Part shown: positions 1 to 8,232 of the stretch, one piece after another | Layout: each line of letters opens with the position of its first letter | Numbering within the stretch: the first letter of the stretch is position 1 | Assembly (NCBI GenBank): GCA_017468385.1 | Contig: JAFUIQ010000001.1 | Span: forward strand, 7,335-71,334 | Length of the DNA stretch: 64,000 nucleotides | Source: Clostridia bacterium | GTDB taxonomy: Bacteria; Bacillota; Clostridia; Oscillospirales; CAG-272 | Direction of reading: 5' to 3' | Translations under genes and position numbers: made by a program | Notes under the pieces: model-generated | Seen by the model: the letters and a program-made list of their open reading frames with translations, nothing else | Told to the model about the DNA's origin: nothing | Databases searched by the model: none

Positions 1-619
1 GTGCCCCCAGTGCATCCAGTTTTTTGCGGATGTTGGATATATGCACCCACACCACGCTGGTGTCCACATTGGCGTCCCATCCCCAGATGTGCGTGATGAT
101 GGATTCGGCTGTGACAATGATATCTTTTTTCTGCATCAGCATCTCCATCACCTGAAACTCTTTACCGCTCAGCGGTTGCTTGCAGTCACCAAAGTGCAGT
201 TCATAGGTGGAGCGGTTCAGCCGTAGATCACCGAAAGCGAGCATATCGGGGGTGAAGTGATCCTTCCGACGCAGCATGGCACGCACGCGGGCAAGCAGTT
301 CCGCGGTGGCAAACGGCTTCGGGAGATAATCGTCCGCACCCGCGTCCAACCCCTCCACCCTCTGGTAGATTTCCGTCTTGGCTGTCAGGAACAATGCCGG
401 CGTGGTAATGCCGTTTTGCCGGAGTTGTTTCAGCACGGTGATACCGTCCATGCCGGGCATCATGATATCCAGAATCAATCCGTCATACTCGCCGGAGGCT
501 GCGTAATCGTATGCATCGGTGCCGTTGGCTACGGCATCCACCACATAATGATTGATTTCAAAAATGTGCACGAGACTTTTGAGCAGCTTCGGCTCGTCTT
601 CCGCAATCAGAATCCGCAT
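1..619 (-). CDS. OmpR/PhoB-family response regulator (C-terminal end cut by window edge)
   Basis: Not in the ORF track because it runs off the window. Reverse translation from ATG at 619 (AAAGGAGG SD 5 nt upstream) reads MRILIAEDEPKLLKSLVHIFEINHYVVDAVANGTDAYDYAASGEYDG..DIMMPGMDGI (receiver domain), then a winged-helix end ..VDTSVVWVHISNIRKKLDALGA. Confidence 0.85.
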   Translation of the reverse strand, partial: MRILIAEDEPKLLKSLVHIFEINHYVVDAVANGTDAYDYAASGEYDGLILDIMMPGMDGITVLKQLRQNGITTPALFLTAKTEIYQRVEGLDAGADDYLPKPFATAELLARVRAMLRRKDHFTPDMLAFGDLRLNRSTYELHFGDCKQPLSGKEFQVMEMLMQKKDIIVTAESIITHIWGWDANVDTSVVWVHISNIRKKLDALGA

Positions 620-777
620 ATGCCCCTCCTTTCGCCATTTTATACTATGATACCGCACACAACTAAAGCGATCCTAAAGATTTACTATAACTGTATCAAA
701 TATTCGTGGTCAATGCAAGCACTTGCCGTGAATTGTGTGTAACTTTCCTTACCGGTACCGCCGTATTGGTCATTACT

Positions 778-809
778 GTACCGCCCGTCCACTCGGGCGG
801 TACTTTTTT
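778..809 (+). terminator. Intrinsic-terminator-like hairpin with no plus-strand gene upstream (orphan)
   Basis: GTACCGCCCG-tccact-CGGGCGGTAC followed by TTTTTT on the plus strand only. It lies between the divergent response-regulator gene and the sulP promoter. Confidence 0.5.
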
Positions 810-824
810 CGTTAGTATTTCCCA

Positions 825-853
825 TTGAAAAAGAATGTCGTTCGATGTATAAT
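825..853 (+). promoter_or_regulatory. Sigma-A-type promoter for the SulP gene
   Basis: TTGAAA, 17 nt spacer, TATAAT with TG immediately upstream (extended -10). A GGAGGAAG SD at 875-882 and the ATG at 894 follow. Confidence 0.5.
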
Positions 854-893
854 TATGGATGTTCAAAAATCACCGGAGGAAGAGCGATTTCTT

Positions 894-2561
894 ATGAAGA
901 CATTTCAACCCAAACTGTTCCATTCGCTGAAGAATTACAGCGCATCGAAGCTGATCAACGACCTGATCGCCGGCGTCATCGTGGCGATCATTGCCCTGCC
1001 CCTGTCCATCGCTTTGGCCATCGCCTCGGGCGTATCCCCCGAACAGGGACTGTACACCGCCATCGTCGCCGGATTTGTGATTGCATTTCTTGGCGGAAGC
1101 AGTGTAAACATTTCCGGCCCCACCGCGGCGTTTGCCACCATTGTCGCCGGCATTGTGGCCACCCATGGCTTGTCCGGGCTGATCATTGCCACCATCCTGG
1201 CCGGTATCATTCTGATTCTCATGGGCATCTGCCGTTTCGGTTCGCTGATCAAATACATCCCCATGACCATCACCACCGGATTCACCGCCGGTATCGCCGT
1301 CACCATCATCGTGGGACAGATCAAGGATTTCCTCGGTCTTACCTTCGCCCCCGGCACCCATGCCATTGAAACCGGTGAAAAGGTGGAAGCCATCATCGAA
1401 TCCATCACCACGCTCAACGTAGATGCTGTGATTGTCGGCTGTATCGGTATGGCCATCCTGATTCTGTGGCCCATGCTGGGTCGGGCCAAATGGGGCGTAT
1501 TTTCCACCATCTGCGGAAAGATTCCTCCGTCCATTATTGCGGTAATCGCAGGCATTCTGCTGGTGCAGTTCGCACCGCTGGAGGTAAACACCATCGGTAC
1601 CCTGTATCCGGAGTTGTCCTCCGCATTCCCGATGCCTTCCCTGCCCGCCTTTGATTTTGCCACGGTGAAAGCCGTGATTCCCAGTGCATTCACCATTGCG
1701 CTTCTGGCCGCCATTGAATCCCTGCTTTCCTGCGTGGTGTCAGACGGCATGATTGGGGATCGCCACAACTCCAACACGGAACTGATCGCCCAGGGTGTGG
1801 GCAACGTATGCTCCGGCATATTCGGCGGCATCCCTGCCACCGGCGCCATTGCCAGAACCGCCGCCAACGTGAAAAACGGCGGTCGCTCCCCCATCAGCGG
1901 AATCGTACACGCCCTCGTTCTTCTTCTGTTTTTGCTGGTACTGATGCCGCTTGCCAAGATGATTCCCATGCCCATCATTGCCGCTATCCTCTTCATGGTG
2001 GCTTACAACATGAGTGAGTGGAGACATTTTGTACACATCTGCCGGTTCTCCGCGCTAAGCGATATTCTGGTTCTGGTTGTCACGTTCGTTCTGACCGTGG
2101 TGTTCGATCTGGTGGTGGCCATTGCGGTAGGCCTTGTACTGGCTGCGGCTCTGTTCATGAAGCGGATGTCGGATGTTACTCATGTGCGTCGCTGGGATGC
2201 CAAAAACAGCGAGGACAGCAAGTACAAATCCATTCCTGACCGTACAGTTGTTTATGAGATCAATGGCCCCATGTTCTTCGCAGATGCGGACAAGTTCCTG
2301 GATTTCAGCCTGGATCAGGATACAAAATGCGTCATCGTACGTATGAGTAATGTTCCTTCCATCGATGCAACCGCCATGAAGAATTTTGAGTTGCTGTTGA
2401 CAGTTTGCCGGGAAAGAAATGTTACGCTCCTTCTCTCCCACGTGAACGAATTCCCTATGACTGTGATGAAAAAATCCGGCTTCTATGAGCACCTGGGCGC
2501 TGAGCATTTTGTGGCCAACATCGACGATGCGTTGGCCATAGCCGAGACTATGCAGAAATAA
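894..2561 (+). CDS. SulP-family inorganic anion transporter with C-terminal STAS domain
   Basis: Translation MKTFQPKLFHSLKNYSASKLINDLIAGVIVAIIALPLSIALAIASGVSPEQGLYTAIVAGF is a typical SulP N-terminus. Many TM helices follow, and the C-terminal ..VVYEINGPMFFADADKF..VIVRMSNVPSIDATAM is STAS-like. The start was moved from the ORF-track TTG at 825 to the ATG at 894, downstream of the promoter and SD. Confidence 0.9.
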   Translation: MKTFQPKLFHSLKNYSASKLINDLIAGVIVAIIALPLSIALAIASGVSPEQGLYTAIVAGFVIAFLGGSSVNISGPTAAFATIVAGIVATHGLSGLIIATILAGIILILMGICRFGSLIKYIPMTITTGFTAGIAVTIIVGQIKDFLGLTFAPGTHAIETGEKVEAIIESITTLNVDAVIVGCIGMAILILWPMLGRAKWGVFSTICGKIPPSIIAVIAGILLVQFAPLEVNTIGTLYPELSSAFPMPSLPAFDFATVKAVIPSAFTIALLAAIESLLSCVVSDGMIGDRHNSNTELIAQGVGNVCSGIFGGIPATGAIARTAANVKNGGRSPISGIVHALVLLLFLLVLMPLAKMIPMPIIAAILFMVAYNMSEWRHFVHICRFSALSDILVLVVTFVLTVVFDLVVAIAVGLVLAAALFMKRMSDVTHVRRWDAKNSEDSKYKSIPDRTVVYEINGPMFFADADKFLDFSLDQDTKCVIVRMSNVPSIDATAMKNFELLLTVCRERNVTLLLSHVNEFPMTVMKKSGFYEHLGAEHFVANIDDALAIAETMQK

Positions 2562-2565
2562 ATGT

Positions 2566-2600
2566 AAAAGGAATCACCCGACGGTGATTCCTTTTCTTTT
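2566..2600. terminator. Bidirectional terminator between convergent sulP and tspO
   Basis: AAAAGGAATCACC-cgac-GGTGATTCCTTTTCTTTT, with an A-run on the 5' side and a T-run on the 3' side. Confidence 0.6.
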
Positions 2601-3084
2601 ATCGATTGAGAATCCATATGCCGAAATTCAGATACCCGGCAAAGGCAACCCACACGGCGTACGGAATTTGCAGATAGGCGGCGACGGGGGAAACCTTGTG
2701 GTAATCCAGAATGGTGCGGATGATGAAATACAAAAGGGCAAGCAGCCACACGAACGCAAACAAAAACTGCCGCATATTGAAAAAGATGATGCTCCAGCAG
2801 AAGTTGAAGAACAGGCTGACCGCATAATATCCCAGCCCGGATTGGACATGTCGCAGATCCACCCGCCTGTTCAGCCAGACATTGCCGGAGCTGACGCCCA
2901 TCAACACATACAGAATCGTCCACACGATGGGAAATAAAATTGACGGCGGGGACAGGGGCGGTGTTTGAATTTCGCTGTAGATCTGCATATTGTCCATGGT
3001 GAGAAGGGCCGAAAGAATTCCCACAGCCAGCGGAAGCGCTATGGCCACCACATAGGTTTTGATGCGTGTTTTCAAATCGGACAT
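2599..3084 (-). CDS. tspO: TspO/MBR family (tryptophan-rich sensory) membrane protein
   Basis: MSDLKTRIKTYVVAIALPLAVGILSALLT..PPLSPPSILFPIVWTILYVLMGVS..YAVSLFFNFCWSIIFF..AAYLQIPYAVWVAFAGYLNFGIW. About five TM helices and a Trp-rich pattern typical of TspO. GGAG SD 8 nt before the ATG at 3084. Confidence 0.85.
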   Translation of the reverse strand: MSDLKTRIKTYVVAIALPLAVGILSALLTMDNMQIYSEIQTPPLSPPSILFPIVWTILYVLMGVSSGNVWLNRRVDLRHVQSGLGYYAVSLFFNFCWSIIFFNMRQFLFAFVWLLALLYFIIRTILDYHKVSPVAAYLQIPYAVWVAFAGYLNFGIWILNR

Positions 3085-3165
3085 AGGATATCTCCTTACT
3101 GCGCAAATAATTGTCAATACCATTGTATTACGCGCACCACGCCGATATGCCGCATCCGAAAGTAA

Positions 3166-3223
3166 GAGAAAATAGAAACGACCCTTGACTGCAGGCTTTC
3201 AACCACATCTGCAATCAAGGGTC
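3166..3223 (-). terminator. Strong minus-strand hairpin plus U-run about 95 nt upstream of the tspO start (terminator or attenuator)
   Basis: Minus strand reads GACCCTTGATTGCAG-(14 nt loop)-CTGCAGTCAAGGGTC followed by GTTTCTATTTTCT. The stem is 15 bp with one mismatch. Confidence 0.5.
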
Positions 3224-3724
3224 ATTTCTGTTCACTCTTGATATCTAACATCTTTTGTTATCCTCGCTTTCGTTATTTGCCCTGAATGACCTCTCTGCAC
3301 TCATCTTACACTTTACTCTGTTTTCTCTAGTGAGAATACCCCCTGTACATTTCCTGTGCTTGGATTCCATTCGGGCGGATGGGATGCATCCTTTGATTCA
3401 TTGCGGTGCATGCGGTTTCGACGGAATTCATACTACCGGGTTCTTACACTATCCAATCTATATGATGCGTACCACCGCCGTGTTTTTCATTTACACAACC
3501 TGTAATCGAAACACGCTTTACCGGAATGAATCGGTTTTTACTTTGCCATTGGACCTTTCCTCCTTTGCATCTATAGTATACCATATTGTTTGGCCTTTGA
3601 CAATTGGCAAATTATTAAAAGTTCACAACAACTTATTGTACAAAACGCAGAATATTGTCAACTATCACAATTTCCTCTTTACAAACCACCCTGTCCCATG
3701 GTATAATAGATGTATGGTTGTGGT

Positions 3725-3763
3725 AAAAAACGGGGTCGGCGATCGCCGACCCTGTTTCTTTTT
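3725..3763. terminator. Terminator after the nitroreductase gene (palindromic, usable on both strands)
   Basis: AAAAAAC-GGGTCGGCGATCGCCGACCC-TGTTTCTTTTT. The GC-rich stem is perfect and is flanked by A and T runs. Confidence 0.6.
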
Positions 3764-3766
3764 AAT

Positions 3767-4297
3767 TTATCCAAGAAAGGTAACCAATTCCTCGGTGGAT
3801 TTGCGTTTTTTGGTGCGGTGCACATCTCCCTCGGCGGCGTAGCCGAGAGTGATTATCAGGCGAATGGGCCGATCCAGATGGCAGATTTCGCGCACAGCCT
3901 TGTCATCGAACCATCCGAGGATGCAGGTAGCAAGCCCCTGTGCTTCCGCTTCGGCAGTCAGATAGGACGCCGCAATACCGATATCGATGGAACGGTAGTC
4001 ATTCCCCTTCCGCTTGGACGCCAGAGCGGCAGAGGGCGAATACTCCCCCTCGGAGATCACGATCATGACAGGAACATCCTTGCCGAACGCGTTCAAGCCC
4101 ATTCCGGTCACGTTATCCGCCACCGCTTTGGCGAATTCCCCCTGGCAAACGGTAAAATGATAGGGCTGACTGTTGCAGGCGGACGGCGCCAGGCGTCCCG
4201 CTTCCAGAACGGCGGCCAGTTTCTCCGGCTCCACGGTGCGGGCTGCATCGTATTTGCGGCAGGATTGGCGCGCATGGGCAATTTCCATGAAATTCAT
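3767..4297 (-). CDS. Nitroreductase-family protein
   Basis: MNFMEIAHARQSCRKYDAARTVEPEKLAAVLEAGRLAPSACNSQPYHF..IDIGIAASYLTAEAEAQGLATCILGWF. The RxSxRxY and SAxNxQP-type motifs fit the nitroreductase fold. GGAGGG SD before the ATG at 4297. Confidence 0.85.
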   Translation of the reverse strand: MNFMEIAHARQSCRKYDAARTVEPEKLAAVLEAGRLAPSACNSQPYHFTVCQGEFAKAVADNVTGMGLNAFGKDVPVMIVISEGEYSPSAALASKRKGNDYRSIDIGIAASYLTAEAEAQGLATCILGWFDDKAVREICHLDRPIRLIITLGYAAEGDVHRTKKRKSTEELVTFLG

Positions 4298-4317
4298 ACT
4301 ATATCCCTCCGAATCCG

Positions 4318-5169
4318 TTACACAGGTACGCGGGTATGTATTTTGCAATCGGTGGCAAAAACGCTGTCTTCCAGGATGATCTCCCCGATGGAATCCGCCA
4401 CGATCTCGCCGGAGCGGGGATTCTTCACGGAAAGAATAGATCCGCGCACATCGGCCTTTACATCCGAATACTCAAAAGCAAGATCCGTTCCCTCCATGGT
4501 GCAGTTGATCAGAGTCAGATCCTTGGCATAGCAGAGGGGCTGGGTACCGATGATCTTGCAATCGATGAGGGTCAATCCCTCGGAATACCAGGCCAGATAC
4601 TCGCCTTTCACGGTGCAGTTTTTCACCGTCACATTCTTCGCGTGCCAGAATGCGTCTTTGGTATCCAGATAGGAATCGGTGATGGTGAAATTCTCCGTAT
4701 ACTGGAAGGAGTACTTCCCCCTCATGCGCAGATCGCGGATCTCCGCATCCCGGGCCTCAAAAAAGAGGTATTCGCTTTCCAGATCTGTATCGTCGATCTT
4801 CAATCCGCGGCAGCGCCAGCCGAACTCGGGGGAGACAATTTTGCTGTGACGGATCTCCGTGCGGTCACACTCCCGCAGACACTTCACGCCGGTGATGGCG
4901 GAAGAATCGATAACACCGTCGCAGGCGTACCAGATGGGTGCCCGGGTCAACTCGTCCATGCTGCACCGAAGCAGCTGAAACGACTGGGTATGCCACAAAG
5001 GATACCGGAGGGAAAACCGGCAGTCCCGCACGATCACGTCCCGTGCTTCCTTCAAAGCAGATTCCCCGTCCGCCGGGCCGGCGAAGGTACACTCCGCCAC
5101 TTCTGTATTCTGCAGATGATAAAGAGCGCGCTCCTCATCAAAGGTCTTTCCGAATATCTGTGTTTTCAC
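4318..5169 (-). CDS. DUF3737-family protein (predicted beta-helix repeat protein)
   Basis: MKTQIFGKTFDEERALYHLQNTEVAECTFAGPADGESALKEARDVIVRDCRFSLRYPLWH..QPLCYAKDLTLINCTMEGTDLAFEYSDVKADVRGSILSVKNPRSGEIVAD matches my memory of DUF3737 proteins. GTG start with a GGAGGTG SD. Confidence 0.75.
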   Translation of the reverse strand: MKTQIFGKTFDEERALYHLQNTEVAECTFAGPADGESALKEARDVIVRDCRFSLRYPLWHTQSFQLLRCSMDELTRAPIWYACDGVIDSSAITGVKCLRECDRTEIRHSKIVSPEFGWRCRGLKIDDTDLESEYLFFEARDAEIRDLRMRGKYSFQYTENFTITDSYLDTKDAFWHAKNVTVKNCTVKGEYLAWYSEGLTLIDCKIIGTQPLCYAKDLTLINCTMEGTDLAFEYSDVKADVRGSILSVKNPRSGEIVADSIGEIILEDSVFATDCKIHTRVPV

Positions 5170-5184
5170 GACAGCACCTCCGGC

Positions 5185-5688
5185 TCAATACGAACTGATG
5201 GGCAGGGATTCGTTATCCTCGCCTTTTTCAATATGACGGATCACTACAAAATAACTGTACTTTTCGTTGGCTTTGATCTCCACCCGATCGCCTACTTTAT
5301 GGCCCAGAATGGCACGGCCGAAGGGGGATTCCTTGCTGATGTACCCGTCAAAGATATCGTTGCGGAGCGTGGTTACAATGGAAACGACGCGCTCCTCGTC
5401 TTCTTCCTCATCGTACACGGTGATCTTATCGAACAGACCCACCACGTCCTCGGCGGAATCCACATCGATCACAACGGCGGTATCGATCATGGCCTGCAGA
5501 TAGCGGATGCGGCCGTAATTCTTATTCAGGGCACGCTTGACGGAGTGGTACTCATCGTTTTCACTCAAATCTCCCAGATCCCGTGCCGCTTTCAGCTGTT
5601 CCTTCAGTTTCGGTGTTACTTCACTTTTCCGATAGTCGATCTCTTCCTGCATTTTGCGGATATCGACTTTGGTCAACTCATCGTGCAT
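5185..5688 (-). CDS. greA: Transcription elongation factor GreA
   Basis: MHDELTKVDIRKMQEEIDYRKSEVTPKLKEQLKAARDLGDLSENDEYHSVKRALNKNYGRIRYLQAMIDTAVVI..SPFGRAILGHKVGDRVEI. Coiled-coil plus FKBP-like domain typical of GreA. GGAG lies 8 nt before the ATG at 5688 (the ATG at 5694 is too close to the SD). Confidence 0.9.
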   Translation of the reverse strand: MHDELTKVDIRKMQEEIDYRKSEVTPKLKEQLKAARDLGDLSENDEYHSVKRALNKNYGRIRYLQAMIDTAVVIDVDSAEDVVGLFDKITVYDEEEDEERVVSIVTTLRNDIFDGYISKESPFGRAILGHKVGDRVEIKANEKYSYFVVIRHIEKGEDNESLPISSY

Positions 5689-5716
5689 TCTCATCACTCC
5701 TATTCCATACCCGATT

Positions 5717-5745
5717 ATTATACCACGAGCAGGGAGTATTGTCAA
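5717..5745 (-). promoter_or_regulatory. Consensus promoter for the greA-DUF3737-nitroreductase operon
   Basis: Minus strand TTGACA, 17 nt spacer, TATAAT preceded by TGG (extended -10), about 30 nt upstream of the greA SD. Confidence 0.6.
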
Positions 5746-5803
5746 ACAAATCCGGGTAAGGATGCCCGACATGGGAAGATTTATCATTTCAGGAAAATGA
5801 CAC

Positions 5804-5832
5804 TTGACATCATCCTGCGCGCCATGTATAAT
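5804..5832 (+). promoter_or_regulatory. Consensus plus-strand promoter divergent from greA, pointing at the AT-rich cassette
   Basis: TTGACA (5804-5809), exactly 17 nt spacer, TATAAT (5827-5832) preceded by TG. Confidence 0.55.
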
Positions 5833-5930
5833 AAAGTTACAAATGTAATCACGCCGTGTGATGGCCACCAAGTCTGTTTCTACCATTCAGTATCACCACG
5901 AAAAACATCGAACAAGATTTTATTAAGCGG

Positions 5931-5952
5931 AAATGAAACTGCAGTTTCATTT
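5931..5952. repeat. Perfect 22-bp palindrome (candidate operator or hairpin) in the 5' leader of the cassette
   Basis: AAATGAAACTG|CAGTTTCATTT is self-complementary over all 22 nt and lies about 95 nt downstream of the promoter at 5804-5832. Confidence 0.5.
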
Positions 5953-6254
5953 GTTATATTAGTTGAAGGGGCATATCAAAAATGTACTGTTTGCTATGCA
6001 TCCCTTCAACAAAGAAACGCATGCTTGACCTATATCAGTTCGATTAATAGAAATGAGGTGAGATGATTATGGCACATGAACTGAGCCTAGCGGCTTTACA
6101 GTCGATATGGCTGTATATGTTTGATAGGATAATCCAACCCGTGCCCTATCCTATTAAACGTATTTGTTTTTGCGCATATGTTGATTAATCAAATCAACTG
6201 TGCGCTTATTAGGAAGTCAAAACAATGCATAATTAATTGAAAGGATATAACATC

Positions 6255-6653
6255 ATGAAAAGAAAAATCACATCCATTATCGTACTGTGTCTTCTCTTTG
6301 CCTCTTTGATGATATTGCAAATCAGCGCCGTAGAGCCGCGGAGTTATTTCGAAGGGTGCGCAGATTGCGGAGCAAATGTAGTCGCATATTGCGATGGGTG
6401 GGTTTCTGAAGAAGAAGACTCGCACAAATATAACAAGTTCTTGGGAATCTTTGGCGGTGATACTTGTGTTTATATGATAACCTATCACGCTACAACCGAA
6501 TACTGTAGCGGAAGTACAATTCATAAAAATCCGGGCGATACAGTATCGTCAGAATCGGGTCATGAGTACGACGATTTAGGTAAAAATACCTGTGGCATAG
6601 AAGATATTCCTTCCTGCCCCCTCAATGCCGAAGCATATAGATCTGAAATTTAA
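6255..6653 (+). CDS. Small secreted cysteine-rich hypothetical protein
   Basis: MKRKITSIIVLCLLFASLMILQISA|VEPRS.. is a signal-peptide-like N-terminus. The roughly 107 aa mature part has 7 Cys (CADC..C, DTC, EYC, NTC, PSC). AAAGGA SD about 10 nt before the ATG. I recognise no family. Confidence 0.6.
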   Translation: MKRKITSIIVLCLLFASLMILQISAVEPRSYFEGCADCGANVVAYCDGWVSEEEDSHKYNKFLGIFGGDTCVYMITYHATTEYCSGSTIHKNPGDTVSSESGHEYDDLGKNTCGIEDIPSCPLNAEAYRSEI

Positions 6654-6746
6654 TCGCCACCAGTTAGAATTATTCACTCAATAAATCCCGATGGGGAGCT
6701 GTCTCTAATTGAGGCAGCTCCTGCTCGGTTGATGAAAGGAGTTATC

Positions 6747-8231
6747 ATGTTTTACAAACTGATGTATAAGCGTGGTATGCATAAATACCGAAAAAGTTAT
6801 ATTAACATTTTGTGTGTCTTCATTCTCACGCTGTCTATGCTCAGTTTCACCAGCATTTACTGTGATTCGCATTATAATTACAACGATGCCGTCCTTATCC
6901 CGGCGATGACGGCAGATTGGACGTGCGATATCCGTGTAAAAAACATTACAGAAGAAGAAGCAATATTATATTCCCGAATCCCGAATGTAGATATGGTATA
7001 TGCCGCAGGAAATTTGGATTTTGTCCTGTTAGATACCAATGAATTTGAAACCGTATTAGAACAAATACGGACTATCTTAAACAGTCAGCATGAGCATATT
7101 CATGAAATCACAGACACCACTCCGACTATATATGTTTATTATGGGCGGGATGTGCGAAACAACATTGATGATTATTACGACAATGGGGTCAGAATCGGCA
7201 CAGCAGTATTCCAAGCAATACTCACCGCAATTGGCGCCGTATCCATGGTTCTGATCTACAGCGACTACATTCGCCAACGCACAGAAGACATCCGTACTTT
7301 GTCTGCCATCGGGATCACGGAACGACAGTTGCATCGCTTGTTTTTTGGTGAATGTAACGTTCTGTATCTGCTTTCCGTCGTAATCGGTATTCCGCTGGGC
7401 GGCGGGATCGCCTATGTATTCTTCAAAGTATGTGAATGGGTAGATATGAGTGATACAAACAGTGTATATCCGGTTTTTGATCTGCATATTACCTCCCTGC
7501 TGACCACCGCCCTGATTGGCTATATGGCCGTTTACATTACATTTCAGATCATCTTGAAGAAGATACTGCGCATCGATGCGTCTTACACCTGCGCGGAATC
7601 TGTTATCGAATTCGATCCGGATAAATTCAGGGGCTTCTATTACAAAGCAACTCCACATTTTCGTGCATTTTTTGCCCGCATTCTACGAAAACGCAGCTCC
7701 ACAAAATCCAAGTCTCTCGTCGTATTGATTGCATCTATTATTGCACTATCGATAGTCATGCTGAACACCGTAAATTATGCAATCGGGAGAGAGTACTCGC
7801 ATGGTGAAATAAAGCCATCGGAGCTTGCTGCGGCAATTTCCGCTACAAGTCTTTTTATCATGAGCACCATATATGCTATCCTGTATAGCCTGGCGATCGT
7901 GGCTATTTTCACAAAAAGGCAAATGGAGTCCAATGCGAAATCAACACAAATTCTGTATGCACTCGGTGCCGATGAGCACATACTATATTCCTGTTTTCAC
8001 CGGTATATGCTGCGTCAATTCACATCGTCAGTTCTGTCCGGTTTTGGAGTTGGATATGCTGCCACTGTACTTATCTTTTCTTCCGTTAACCATACGATTT
8101 ACATCAATCTGTGGTTTATTATCGTCCATTTGGTGCTCATAGTATTGTATTATTTCGTTTATCTTTTCAGTATGAAAAAGTATTTTAATGAAAATTGTCG
8201 GAGCACCATCTCCGAGGAAGCGGGAGGTTGA
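6747..8231 (+). CDS. FtsX-like ABC transporter permease (two FtsX-type modules)
   Basis: MFYKLMYKRGMHKYRKSYINILCVFILTLSMLSF, then a roughly 130 aa extracytoplasmic stretch. Then ..VLIYSDYIRQRTEDIRTLSAIGITERQLHRLFFGE.. and a second ..IFTKRQMESNAKSTQILYALGADEHILYSCF.. helix bundle, the MacB/FtsX pattern. GGAG SD. The stop sits 1 nt before the ATPase ATG. Confidence 0.8.
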   Translation: MFYKLMYKRGMHKYRKSYINILCVFILTLSMLSFTSIYCDSHYNYNDAVLIPAMTADWTCDIRVKNITEEEAILYSRIPNVDMVYAAGNLDFVLLDTNEFETVLEQIRTILNSQHEHIHEITDTTPTIYVYYGRDVRNNIDDYYDNGVRIGTAVFQAILTAIGAVSMVLIYSDYIRQRTEDIRTLSAIGITERQLHRLFFGECNVLYLLSVVIGIPLGGGIAYVFFKVCEWVDMSDTNSVYPVFDLHITSLLTTALIGYMAVYITFQIILKKILRIDASYTCAESVIEFDPDKFRGFYYKATPHFRAFFARILRKRSSTKSKSLVVLIASIIALSIVMLNTVNYAIGREYSHGEIKPSELAAAISATSLFIMSTIYAILYSLAIVAIFTKRQMESNAKSTQILYALGADEHILYSCFHRYMLRQFTSSVLSGFGVGYAATVLIFSSVNHTIYINLWFIIVHLVLIVLYYFVYLFSMKKYFNENCRSTISEEAGG

Positions 8232-8232
8232 C

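Noticed and set aside
257-742. 161 aa plus-strand ORF at the window start.
   Set aside because: It is antisense to a response-regulator gene, not listed in the track, that reads cleanly from an SD-backed ATG at 619. The plus-strand product has no recognisable motifs.
825-893. Alternative SulP starts: the TTG at 825 (ORF-track start) and the ATG at 855.
   Set aside because: Both lie inside or at the predicted promoter (825-853) and lack an SD. The ATG at 894 follows GGAGGAAG and gives a typical SulP N-terminus.
3440-3475. T-box-like string on the minus strand (CGGCGGTGGTACGCATC, against the consensus GGGTGGTACCGCG).
   Set aside because: It is an imperfect match. It lies about 250 nt from the only terminator, so it cannot form the canonical antiterminator. 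I could not find specifier-loop, AG-bulge or F-box elements.
3255-3842. 195 aa plus-strand ORF in the tspO-nitroreductase gap.
   Set aside because: It has no SD and starts at a non-ATG codon. It runs through the terminator palindrome at 3725-3763 and into the 3' end of the nitroreductase gene. The sequence is odd and Phe/Leu/His-rich.
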